Origin: Callorhinchus milii
Lineage: Eukaryota
Assembly (NCBI RefSeq): GCF_018977255.1
Contig: NW_024704767.1
Location: 4,898,001-4,962,000, forward strand
Length of the DNA stretch: 64,000 nucleotides
Reading direction: 5' to 3'
The notes beneath the pieces are model-generated. The model saw nothing but the letters and a program-made list of their open reading frames with translations. It searched no databases and was not told the DNA's origin. Shown piece by piece: positions 25,651 through 36,869 of this stretch (its first letter is position 1; each line of letters starts with the position of its first letter). The translations under genes and the position numbers were made by a program.

Positions 25651-25971
25651 GGAGTCCTGTAGCTCAGTGGTTAGAGCACTCGCTTTGCAAGTGAGAGACC
25701 TGAGTTCAATTCCAGGCAGTGGCGAAACCATGGGCAAGTTTCCTTACTCCACACGCCTAATAATAATCCTTCCAGAAAAACAAAAAACAATGATAAATTG
25801 GTCACTTTCAATCTACGACTGTTTGTGGGACATTGCTGTGCGCAATTGGCTGCTGCGTTCGCTCACAAATATACAGTCAATTCACTTTACAGTGTGTTCT
25901 GTGAAGCGCTTTGGGACGTCCTCCCGACGTGAAAAACGCTATATCAAATGCAAGGATTATTATTATTATTA
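25651..25971 (+). mobile_element. Young full-length tRNA-Ala-derived SINE (SINE2-1_CM-like)
   Basis: GGAGTCCTGTAGCTCAGTGGTTAGAGCACTCGCTTTGCAAGTGAGAGACCTGAGTTCAATTCC head, tail gaagcgctttgggacgtcctcccgacgtgaaaaacgctatatcaaatgcaagg(att)n; twin of 7181-7503. Confidence 0.95.
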
Positions 25972-26659
25972 CATTTTTATGAATGCTATGCTCTCATTGA
26001 ACAAATCTGACTGTTCTTGGCAGTTGACCTTCTTGATGCCCCCAAAGTAAATCAGAGCAAACTTCAAGTAAACAGTGAGAAAGTATTTCTATGTAAGGCC
26101 TACAATTTTCACAGGCCATGTCTGTAAACTTGAAAATGATAGCACAATTCATTTGGGACAGATGATATCTCCAGGTATGGTTTTCAAGAAGGTTTGTACT
26201 GTAGGTTCAGCAATTTTCTTGTAATGTTCCATTAGTGATAGTTAATCAGTTTCTGTGGCATCATTTAATGGGCTCCTGTCTATAAAGCACTACCTATTAT
26301 TGTCTCTAGGAAGCAATATTATTTTCCTATGCATTCCTGCTAAATTTAGTATAGAAGCAAATGACATTGGCCAGTGTAATTAAGGTGATATTATTTGGTC
26401 AAGGTAAGTATCACAACAGCATGAGGCATCCAGCTGCCCTGCTGAGTCCACCAGAAGCAAATTCAAGACAGCTGAACTCAACAAAAAAAAATGAGGTGGG
26501 CACTATGTAAAACATACAAGATAATCTGTCCCGACTAGAGAATATGTTATGTATTTTGGCCAGCTTTATACTTCCTCAGCTCAGATGTCTTTTATTTGCT
26601 TCTGGTTTTGTTTTTCCCTTTTTTGTTTTGTTTCATTCTTATTAAAGTGAAAGGGAGTG

Positions 26660-26816
26660 GATTTACCTGCTGTAGTATAATCGCTTCGCCTTAGATGCTC
26701 CGCGACTCTACCCTGCGTGGATGTTACTATATAAGTGCTACAACAACAACAAAATTACATTTATAGAGCGCCTTTCACGGGAGGACGTCCCAAAGCGCTG
26801 GTTGCAAGTTGTTTTT
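26660..26816 (+). mobile_element. L2-type tail interrupted by an antisense tail fragment (26739-26802)
   Basis: Host gactctaccctgcgtg...ctatataagTGC|insert|TGCaagttgtt matches the intact copy at 56408-56458; insert acaacaacaacaaaattacatttatagagcgcctttcacgggaggacgtcccaaagcgct. Confidence 0.8.
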
Positions 26817-27239
26817 GTAGGCCACATATCCATGAATAAATTCATGCAACTTAATGATGATCTTAAACTCTACAAGGCACATTTTAAATGACGAATCTTA
26901 TTTTCTTTACAGCATATGTTATCCTTTTTAATGTAAAATTTGCCCATTTAAACTATTTAAACTATTATTTGATTACCTGCCCCTACATGAATAGTGAGGG
27001 CACCTTAGCCTTGTGGTTGAACCTTAGGTTGTTGGATTGACTGAAACCTTGTCTAGGCTGGCTTCAATGTAATTTAATACTTTGCATGAAAATGGGTAAG
27101 TGCCTTAAAATATACTTCAAAAACTCACAACAACGAAGGACAAGGTGGCTGAAAGTTAAAGGCATGTTAATTGAAGCACTGTATTGTTGGAGTCAATTGG
27201 CCCCACAATAAATATCAGCTGAATCTTTTTTAAAAAAGT

Positions 27240-29110
27240 GAGTCAATAGGGGAAGGTGTGGGTGATGAGGTGGGGAGGGGGTGGTGCAGGGGAGAATTCT
27301 GCCCCCTGCAGTGCTCTGTCATTCAATTTACTATAACACAACAGAGACCTGGCAATTAAACCAAGTGAAAGGGAGTGAAATGCTGCACTTTGAGGGGGGC
27401 GGGGGGAGAGAATCACAAAGGCATTAAGTTGCCTGCCGCTCCGGCCTTGGCTGGTTCCTGAGCTTGCCTGCACCTGGAAGCTGTTAGACCATATAGCTAT
27501 ACAAAATGTATTGGTCTCTGTTCCCATGCTTTCACATTTACACACTGGAGGCATTCCGGTGATGTCACGACCACTATCACAGTGTGTTAAAAGCAACGTG
27601 TTTCACATCCATTCTCCTTATTATTGTAATGTGCTGCAATTTAGGCCTAAACCATTTGCTCCTCTGTTCTGCGAGCAGAAGAGAGTGATCAATTTTGGGG
27701 AATATAGAATAGACGTTGCATTTACAGCGTGCAATTTTTTTTCAGTAACTGAAGTGCAGTGTAATGTGTGGGGAACAGGAGGTCAGACTTTCATCCTCTC
27801 TCAATGGTTGTCAGTTCATATAAGTACCATAATGCATAATAGGGCGACACTATAAATATACTGTTAATGGATTTAATGGTGACACAAGTGCAGCTGCGGG
27901 TCTGGAGATAATTTCTAACTCCGACACACACATACAAAGGCATTTTTCTTATTTTTCTTTCGTGCCTTTTGAAATGAAGGAAAAAGAAAACCCTTTAAGG
28001 CATGAGAGACTTCACTGATAGCTCGTCGTAATTTGAGTAGCATGTAAAAATACGCTTGGATTCTGTAGCTATTTCAATTACATTTTTTTCAGTCTTTTTG
28101 TTGCATTAGACACTCCCTATGGTGGAAATATGCTAGTCATAAGGTATGAGAGCGTATGGTCCTGTGCCCCTGCACAGTCGGGGTTCGATGCCGCCACTCA
28201 GAAATTTCCATCGCTAACTGTTTTGCCTTTGAGACAAGAGAGTTGCTCATTTGAATATCAATGCGTGAAGTCAACTGTCCATTAATTGATATACACGGCC
28301 GGAGACTATCCCAGGGTTCGGAGTAAAATACTTCAGCGCAAATCTCTTTAAGCCGTCTCTAAATAAGGAATTATGCTGTTCTGCAGCTGAACCTCTTCAA
28401 CCAGGAGGTTTCCTCCTCTGTCGGAATAAAAGAAAATCAATTGTGTTTGCTCTGCTGTGAACAATGTCACTCAATATTGGCTCACTGCGATTGGTGATTT
28501 CTCAGCAGCCGACTGGCTGTTGGGATGCCATGCTTTGCACCCTCTCTGCAGGCTGTCAGCCGGACAGTCAGATGTCAATGAAGGCAGTCTCCGCAGGGGT
28601 CCTTTCTGAAATTCCATTATTGAAGCGGGATTATGCATGAAAAAAAATGCTTTCAAAACAAACCTTCATTTCAAGCAGTGTTAAATGGGTTAGCTTATAG
28701 ATAGAAAAGCTAGTTTTGCTCTAAGGGGGAGGGGAATTGTGGGAGGTGGATGACTTAGAGAAAGGGGTGAAGGATTTCTCTCAATTTCTGTGTCCTAAAA
28801 CGAGTCTGAAAACGTTTTAATCTATTAAGTAGATGGAGCCAAATAGGTCAATTTAATATTTAAAGGCTGCTTACTCGAAGGCAGCGGTGGCTTATTAATG
28901 GCCCAGTTTTATTATAGGAAGTGGTGTAACATTGCTTCCAGCAGTACCATGGTGCCAGCAGACTTTCTGGAATTATATCGTTCGCGTGCACCACTCTGTT
29001 GGCAATTGACTCCCTCCATCCCCCCACACGTCCGACTTGCATGAGGGTGCAATCAGATTAGAACACCAATGCAGTGATTGAGGGTATGGGGTGGGGGAGG
29101 GGAGAGATAC
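27240..29110. promoter_or_regulatory. Insertion-free, CpG-retaining regulatory-like block
   Basis: About 1.9 kb with no recognisable young repeat, visibly more CpG than flanks (28000-28630), CTCF-like site at 27297, G-run clusters at both ends. Confidence 0.4.
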
Positions 29111-29164
29111 GAAAAGCCCAGTTGGAAAAGCCGGCTCCACCACTGCATTGATACATTTGGAACA

Positions 29165-29270
29165 GCCTTCAAAATACACAGTCACTACACATTACAGTAA
29201 ATTCATTGATGTGCTTTAAATCCTCCCAATGTCAAAAGTGTTATATGAAATGTGAGGCTGTTTATTATTC
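29165..29270 (+). mobile_element. Decayed family A tail
   Basis: caaaatacacagtcactacacattacagtaa...tcctcccaatgtcaaaagtgttatatgaaatg. Confidence 0.65.
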
Positions 29271-30981
29271 AGTATTAGCTATTAATGGTGTTGAGTGGAC
29301 TTGTTCATTTATAGCGTATATTTCCCCATTTATGTCTGATATCTGATTTTGTATATCACTGGTTAATTCGACCCAAAATGTTATCTTGTAAACCCAAAGG
29401 ATATCTATATGTGAAAAGGAAATGCATCATACATTCTTGAATAACTTTATTCTGCTGATAATCTGCAAACTTGATATTGTCTGTACACCTAATCATATGA
29501 ACCCCCTGGCACAGCACTACATGTATTTAAAATTGGAATGGTATTTAAATTGCATGCAGTACAAAGGCAATAACTTCATTGGCCAAAGAGAAATATAAGG
29601 CCCCAGGATATTTTCATTGAAGAGGTTGTTAATAGTCAATATCATGCAGATATGCGCATCATTCTGCACTATGGGTTGAAAAGTATGATGTTTCATAACA
29701 GTTTTGATACACTGATGATTGTATTGAATCTTGTGAAACGGCACCCTATATTTCTCTTATGCATGTTATGCCTATTTGGGTTCAAGACTGAACTGTTTTT
29801 ATGTATGCAAACACAACTCCATATGTTTATCTAGCTTCGCAATCTACACCACTGTCGCTGATCATAAATCTTGCTCCTAACATTTTTGCCCCAGTGTTAC
29901 CTCTGATGTAGCATGTGTAGCTAATCAGGAGTATTACAGCAATGGAACCATGTTTGGATTACTCTCTCTCCGACAATTTAATGGGAAATCATGCAAATTG
30001 GTGCCAAAAAAATGGGGAAAACTAAGGCAGAAGAGACAACAAGCTCAGGAACCGGTTTAAACTGTTCTCGGCTTTGAACACGGTGATGTCCATCTCTGAA
30101 GCCATGTGACCTTAGCTTAGGCTATGCAATGATTAAGCACATCTGAGCTAACCTCTGGACACCATGGTGATTTTTTACTATTGTTCAAAGAGAAGCACCC
30201 ATGAAGCAATGCTGTATTAGTGATTCTGTATTGCCAATTAAAATGTTTAAATTAATCTCTGTTGCCAGTTAAAATATGTGAATAGTGTCTGTAAAATTAT
30301 TCTACTGAACTACGGCAGCTTTTTCTCCACTAAAGAAAAACATTTTTATTTTATATTCTGGCTTGATTTTTCTCTCTCCCTCTCTCTCTCTGATGCATGT
30401 GCTTTTAATAACTGGAGTTTATGTAATAGTTTGTACTGTATGTTCTCAGTTTAAGGATAATCATATACAGATCTAAAATCAAGAGCTGCCAAAGGGTTTG
30501 GATGCACAGCATAATGCAATATATTGTATGAGGTGGCAACTAGGGATTTTGATAAGCAAAGGGTCTAGCAGTTAAAAGTGCATGGCATTGTATAAACTCT
30601 GCTAGTGGTAGCGCTTGCTATTGTCTTGTTCCCTTAGGGCTATTACTAGATAACTGGGATTTCAAATAGTTCTTTGAACTGCATGCATTTTGTCAGGTGC
30701 TTTGCAGGTTGGATTTGAAGTAATGTTATTAGTGTCTGACACTAATTGTTCTGTTTTGCTAATGCTGGGGTTTGTGTAAACAGTTTCCCTGTGTGGATTC
30801 GCAAATGAGATAACTCAGGACAAGTTTATTACACACTGCAAGCACAGTGAGAATGAAAATACCAAAGCCATTTAATTCAACGAGGTTGAGATTTCATCTT
30901 GATCTCTCCAAGACAATCGAGGTGTGTAAACACAATATCCAAACTCTTTTAGTATTACTTTTCATAAAGTTGCATCTATAT

Positions 30982-31418
30982 TGTCAGATTGGCTCTGTTG
31001 ATAGTACTCTTGTTTCTGGGTCAGATGGTTGTGGGTTCAAGTCCCTCAGCGGGAAATTGGAGCTCATAGCCTCCAGGCTAACACTCCAGATCATTCCTAG
31101 GGGGCATTGCAATGTCAGGGGGTACTATCTTTCAGATGAGACAATAAATTGAGGTCCTGTCTGTATGTTCAGGTAGACATTAAAGATTTAATGGCACCAT
31201 TTTAAAAGAGAAAGGAGTTCTTCTTGTATCTTGGCCAACAATCCTCTAGATAAATTTGGTTGATTGTTCATCTCCTAGGGCTATTTGTGGGACATCGCTG
31301 TTGGGAAAATTGGCTGCAGCATTTGCCTGCAAAATACATTCATTACAGTTAACAGCCATTATGTTTCAACACGATAAGGTGTTGTATCAAATTGCAAGGA
31401 TTATCATTTTTATTATTT
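30982..31418 (+). mobile_element. Full-length DeuSINE-like element
   Basis: Head tggctctgttgatagtactctt...gggttcaagtccc, Deu domain cagatgagacaataaattgaggtcctgtctg...taaagatttaatggcacc, family A tail; colinear with 16238-16665. Confidence 0.85.
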
Positions 31419-32008
31419 ATGTTTTAATCAAAATGCAAACAAGTCTTTTGTGCTGCAATGACTACTTTGATTGGAAAGCAAACTGAGTGATGCAGAACAA
31501 CTTGGGTGGAGATGGGGCCTGGTTTGAAATCCAGTTCAGATAACTTTGAAGAAAAACAATATGCACTATCTTTATAGCACAGCTTTATGGTGGGTGTTTA
31601 GGTTCGGATTTAGGCTTGGAATGAAAAGCTACAGAACCATGTCAGGATGAACTCCAAGGTCACAGTGGCACAGTAATTCCCCATCCAGAAAGGTGAATTT
31701 CAGGGGAAGCATAAATGCAAGCCAGAAGCCCAAGCTGTTCTGCATTTGCTGTGTTTGATCTGGCCAAAACTGAGCCTCCCTTGTTTCAGGTTTAGATTTA
31801 TTGTAAAATGACAGACTAATGCATCACATAAGACATGGTCCAAGCTTTCTTTTTTAAAAAAAACTTAAGGGTTCCCAAATGAGCACTGTGGCTATTTATT
31901 TTAACCCATCCCTCCACCCCTCCCCACATCGTCTGATTCATTCCTCACTGATATTGTAGCATATGATTCATGGTCGTATCGTGCCATATGTTTATAATAA
32001 CGCTTAGG

Positions 32009-32210
32009 TTTTGATGTAGTGCTGTATCTCACTCAAACTGCTCAAAGCACTTCACACGTTGCCCTGAAGTACTATGACTGTTGTGACATGGGTCAATTCA
32101 GCATTTGATCTCCACTAGCATTGTTACATGAACAGCAATGAGATAGTCAATTAATCTGCTTGTAATGAGCAGAAACCTTTGGCTGAATTTTCTTCTTCTG
32201 CGGAACTGCA
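32009..32210 (-). mobile_element. Older DeuSINE-like 3' part
   Basis: ctcaaagcacttcaca...tgactgttgt...aacagcaatgagata. Confidence 0.5.
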
Positions 32211-32282
32211 GTAAATTGCATAGTTTTCAGTTGCACAGCATGATACCCATTGCCATGCTTTGTGTCAGGAAATGCTATATTA

Positions 32283-32970
32283 ATTCATACTGCATCCTAT
32301 TGATTCATATTAGTATTTATCATATTCATATTGCAGTCCTACTGTATGACCATTCATACAGTGCTATGGAACTATTGTACCACTGTATTTAAGTCACACG
32401 GCATTCTTGCAGTCCTTTATACCTCATTAGCAGTAGCGCATTGGTATTTTTCTGTGACATTTTTATTGGATTTCTATTGTACTTAACCTGCAGCAATATT
32501 GTACAATTAAGGTCCAGTTGTACCATTTGATTCACAGTAGAATGATATTCAGCATTTGATTCATAATTCTGTACAATGGTACAGTATGAATCAGCCTGTA
32601 TTCCTTTTATATGACCTGCTTTGCTCTGCAGTGCTATTGTTTGGTATGATTCATGCTGCAGTGTTGTTTGGAAATTATGCTTACTGCAGTGCTGATAATT
32701 CATACTGCAATGCTGTTGTTTAGTATGATGCACACTGTAGTGCTGATGATTCATACTGCAGTGCAGCCCTCCCTAAATGCCTCCACTTCACCCTTTCTTT
32801 CTCTGTCTTCAAAAACCTCCTGAAAACATACCTCTACAAACGAGCTTCTGGCTGGCTCCCTGCCCAGTGTCCACAGTACCAACTTAAGATGTTGCCTCAG
32901 AAAAGGCACTGTATAAGTGCAAGTTGTTTAGTTTGTTTCATATACTGCAGTGTTGCTGCATAATATGATT
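32283..32970. repeat. Degraded minisatellite, core ATTCATACTGCAGTG (~20-30 nt units)
   Basis: Recurrent attcatactgca/ctgcagtgct...gtatgattc units, best preserved 32620-32765, resuming at 32936 after an L2 insert. Confidence 0.7.
32766..32935 (+). mobile_element. L2 LINE 3' end
   Basis: Translates ALPKCLHFTLSFSVFKNLLKTYLYKRA (L2 ORF2 end LPxxL...SxFKxLLKTxLF), then aaaggcactgtataagtgcaagttgtt. Confidence 0.8.
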
Positions 32971-33569
32971 TGTAATGTTTTTCTGCTGGAGCAAATTCCA
33001 CCCTGATTATATCAGATTTTGTTTCACAGCGTTGTACTGAGAAATAGCATAAATACATTTGTTTAAAAAAACATACACAAATTATTCTTAAAAAGCTCAA
33101 AACTGAATCTTAAAAATGAGTCATTTTCTTCTGGAAAGCTACTTTTCATATAATAATAACAGGGGTTAAAATACGTCCCCTGAAGCAGAGAATGGATTGA
33201 CACTGCCTGAATGAACACAGGTTTAAACAAATAGAGAAATTGGAGAGTGCTGAGAAAACCAGTACTTGTATTTGGTAAAAGAGAGGATATTATACATTTA
33301 TTGATAAGCTGTGAGAGGTCAGAAAAAAGATGAGGGATTACTCTATAATATTGATTATAGGGAAATTCAATCTCATACTGAAGAATAAGTAAATTAGTAA
33401 ATTTGGTTGTAAGATTGGGGTGGACCAAGAGTAAGCGTGAATTTTTTGAAGTCGTGCTAGATTTTTTTCTAGTTTTAATATGGTTTTAGCTATACACAGT
33501 ATAAATGTGTGATAAAATAAGAATAAATCCAAATAGAATTTTATCCTAGCCCGCCCTTTTTTAAAAAAA

Positions 33570-33703
33570 ACACTTAGAGCCAAAGAAATTTACAGCACAA
33601 CCCATCATGCCTGTAATGGCTCTCAAAATAATGCCTATTTCTCCTTTTCAGATATTTATCTAATTCCCTTTTAAAAGCTAATGTGGACTCTGCCTGAACC
33701 ACC
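33570..33703 (-). mobile_element. CR1 3' end remnant
   Basis: agaaatttacagcaca...atatttatctaattcccttttaaaagcta...tctgcctgaaccacc. Confidence 0.55.
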
Positions 33704-33832
33704 ATAATAATAATAATAATTCTTGCATTTGATATAGCGTCTTGTCACATCTTCAGGACATCTCAAAGCGCTTCATGGAATATACTGTAAAGTAGATTGA
33801 CTGTATATTTTGTGGGCGAATCGCGGCGGCCA
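33704..33832 (-). mobile_element. Family A tail
   Basis: (aat)n cttgcatttgatatagcg...ctcaaagcgcttca...gactgtatattttgtgggcgaa. Confidence 0.9.
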
Positions 33833-33910
33833 GTTCAGTTATACACTTAATGTTACCGTTCTTGGTAAGTGAAGGCAACCTGCTGGCTGCAACTGGGATT
33901 TCTACATTAC

Positions 33911-34076
33911 CTGTCCCTATCGCATCACCAACAGGGAGAGAAAAACTCCAGAAAACATCTCGTACATAAAAGGCAACAGTGGCTTGAATGAAAGCTGAAT
34001 TATCTCGAACCCTTTAATTAATGGAGAGTGTCCAATGTAAATATCCACCAGACAAACTATCCATTCAGACCACACA
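33911..34076 (-). other. Candidate non-coding exon
   Basis: Acceptor ctttcattcttttcag and donor CAG|gtaatg on minus strand; longest frame ends in a stop just before the donor. Confidence 0.25.
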
Positions 34077-34354
34077 CTGAAAAGAATGAAAGTGACCAAC
34101 ATATTCTGGAACCCCACAAGTCAGAAGATATATTTATATNAAAAAAGCCTACTGTACNAAAAAAGTACCTCTTTACAGAGGAGGAAAAACCACACAGCCT
34201 TGTTCATTTTCTTGTTGACCGCAAAAAGTAAAAGCTGCGATTGCATTTCTGTTTTTTGTAAGGTCGCACTCTGCTGGCTGAACATCATCAAATGTCTAGA
34301 AACTTTTTCTCAAAGATATCCATCAAAGTGGTAGCAATTTGCTTTAATTACATT

Positions 34355-34546
34355 AATAATGAATAATCCTTGCCTTTGATATAATCACTTTATTGCATCA
34401 TCAGAATGTCTCAAAGGGCTTCACTGGACTTATTGAAAAGTGTGGTGACTGTGTAGTTTAGGGGCTCAAAGTCCTGACGTGGTGCTTGAACACACAACCT
34501 TCTAGCCAGAGAGACAAGAGTGCGGTCAAATCAGCCAGGCTGATAA
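34355..34546 (-). mobile_element. DeuSINE-like head joined directly to tail (Deu core deleted)
   Basis: Tail aataatccttgcctttgata...tgactgtgta abuts head cttgaacacacaaccttc...agagtgc...gccaggctga. Confidence 0.75.
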
Positions 34547-34624
34547 CGTCTTCCTATGTTCTATAATTATAGAATTAGCGATACTCATTAGGTTCTTTTC
34601 CATAGACTATTGGTCTCTCATGTG

Positions 34625-34975
34625 CATTTTCTCTTTGGTTTTCTTTTCCTCATTTGTAGCTTGTTATAACAATGGGTGTCCATCCCATGAGCATTGTCAA
34701 GTCTCCAGGACCTCACTCAAGTTTTCCTTCATTTGTGAGGAGCCCAGACAGTGCATAATGGCAGCCCACTCGCATTGTGGGAAGGAATATGGCTGAGTCC
34801 ATTGTTATCTTCTCCAGACATTCGTAGAGAGAGGCTTTTCTTTTTGGCAGGGCTTGATTGGATAGCCAGCAGGAGCTGGAACTTTGGCGGATCTTTCTTT
34901 AGCTCAAATATTTAGGGAAGTTTAAGACCAATTGGAGCCACACACCCTGGTTGAGATCAGAAAATTCACGCAATC
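34625..34975 (-). mobile_element. Family B SINE-like element
   Basis: ctccaggacctcactcaagt...gagcccagacagtg...ggatagccagcaggagctggaactttggc...ccaattggagc...ggttgagatcag. Confidence 0.55.
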
Positions 34976-35179
34976 CAAGGCATTGCATGAACTGTGTATT
35001 GCATGAACTGGGTGTTATTTTTACTCAATGAGTTACCAGCAGAACTCATCATCAATTTAATTAGATTTTTAAAAAAACTGAAGCAATGAGAAAAAAAATA
35101 AATGTAAAGCATCTAAATAAAGTTCTTTCCTAATTATGTGAATTATGGATTTGGATTGATTCTAAATCCAGTCTGATTG

Positions 35180-35364
35180 GAACACCATCTGGAGTCCCAC
35201 TCTTTTGTCCCCCCTCCCTCTCTACCTTCAAAACTAAGACCTATCTTTTCTACCACACATTAGACACTTTCTCCAGTTCCTCCTCCTTGTTCCTAGGAGT
35301 AAGCTGTATGAAACATTTTGAGATGTCCTTCCACATGTAAAGCGCTATATAAATGTAAATTGCT
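35180..35364 (+). mobile_element. L2 LINE 3' end
   Basis: ctccctctctaccttcaaaactaagacctatctttt...ttgagatgtccttccacatgtaaagcgctatataaatgtaa. Confidence 0.7.
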
Positions 35365-35809
35365 TAAATGCTGAGGTGAAATTTAAGTCCTTTCATGATG
35401 TGTCTTTATGACAGGTATAAGAAGGAATGCTTTATGAAGTGCCCCAAAAAGCACAAAATAATTCAAAGGTGAGCATTGGTTTACTTTTTATCAAAAACAA
35501 TTTTTATCATAAATCTAATTTGCATCCCAGTTGCATGTAAATAAAGCTTTCCCTTTCTTGGTACAGCTTTTCTTTTCTCTTGCCTGGGACTCCTCACGCC
35601 AGACACTACATCCTGCCGAGATGGTGTTGCCAGACCTTCAGCTCTCAGGCTCAGAACAGGTCAGAAGGGATTGGTGAAAGTAACATAGTATGATATATTG
35701 ACTGATTTTGTTCCTCTTGGGAATATATCTCAGCTTCACGCCTTCCTCTCGTCCATCGCTAGACTATAACTTCACTGTGTCAAGAATCACTGTCTCTCAT
35801 AATCTTGTG

Positions 35810-35920
35810 ATCACAAGAAAGGCTTGGGTGAGGATGGCCCTTCAACCCATTTGAATCCATTCTTCCAGAATACTAATCTTACCATCTTCCCATTGTAGCA
35901 TCCAGCTGTTTTTATAACCC
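35810..35920 (-). mobile_element. CR1 3' end remnant
   Basis: gaggatggcccttcaacccat...gcatccagctgttt. Confidence 0.4.
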
Positions 35921-35980
35921 TTTCACATTAGGTTTCTGGCAAAGATATGAACCACATTCAAATCCTGACCAACAATGCCC

Positions 35981-36145
35981 CAGATAAACCTGGTCATTCA
36001 CTTCATGGCTGTTTGTAAATTGGCTGCCAAGTTTGGCTGCAAAATACACAGTCACGATACTTTTCAGTAAAATCCTGTGAGGCACTTTTAGACTTCCTCC
36101 TGACATGAGCGACACTATATCATATGCAAGGATCAACATTATTGT
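35981..36145 (+). mobile_element. Family A/Deu tail
   Basis: ggctgtttgtaaattggctgcc...aaaatacacagtcac...cctcctgacatg...ctatatcatatgcaagg. Confidence 0.75.
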
Positions 36146-36869
36146 TAGGAATATTAAAGTTGCGGTTCTGACATTTAGTATCGCTCGTACATCAGAATGA
36201 GATTTTACATTTAAAAATCATTGGCGGTCTATTTTGATGCTTTCCTCTGCATTAACTCTCGCCTTGGGCAGCCCTCTAATGTGGTGTTAAATCAGAACTG
36301 TACACAGGAAGTATGTAAGTAGGAATATGCTCCTTCAGTGAGGCCACCCAGAAATGCTTTTCACCCACATTTTAAATTTCCTGTGACTCTGACCTGCCAG
36401 TGATCATTCAAGCTCCCATCTTTTACTTTAATGCAGTCAGAGTAAGATTCACAATAATCCTCCACACAAATCATTGTGATATCACTGTACTGAGCAGCAG
36501 CTTTAAATGTCAGTACCGGCCAGATTTAATCTTTATAACAGCAAGGCTGCACGGTAATTCAATAGAAAAATTATTAGTCTCCACGACTGTAATTTTTGCT
36601 TGTATAATGCTGGAGATGTATTGAAGCATTGTAGTTGCAATATTTGCCACAGTCGTATTTGTGTGTGAACCTCCAAGGCTGTATCCATTCGTTGTGTAGA
36701 GTAGACCAGTTATGTCAGGACTATCAGCGAGAGGGATGAGTTTAGAGAAAATAGGACATAAATAAATGCTCTGGCCTTAATTCCTTCTTAAAAGAAAACC
36801 AAACCTATGCAAACTAACAAGAAAAATTTTGGTACTGCCAATGTTCTCTCGTTTTGTGACAATGGCCTG

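Noticed and set aside
25651-25722. tRNA-Ala(TGC) gene
   Set aside because: No proper acceptor stem or poly-T terminator; continues directly into the SINE body. Same for 7430-7503.
25649-26050. Longest ORF (133 aa) and its apparent paralogues (7225-7425, 12062-12307, 58881-59189) sharing NIQSIHFTVxSVKRF
   Set aside because: They are translations of the SINE body and tail; the poly-Y/I/L ends come from (ATT)n. Not a gene family.
32389-32754. 121-aa Q/H-rich ORF or CRISPR-like array
   Set aside because: Product of a degenerate minisatellite; eukaryotic context, no cas genes and no constant repeat-spacer structure.
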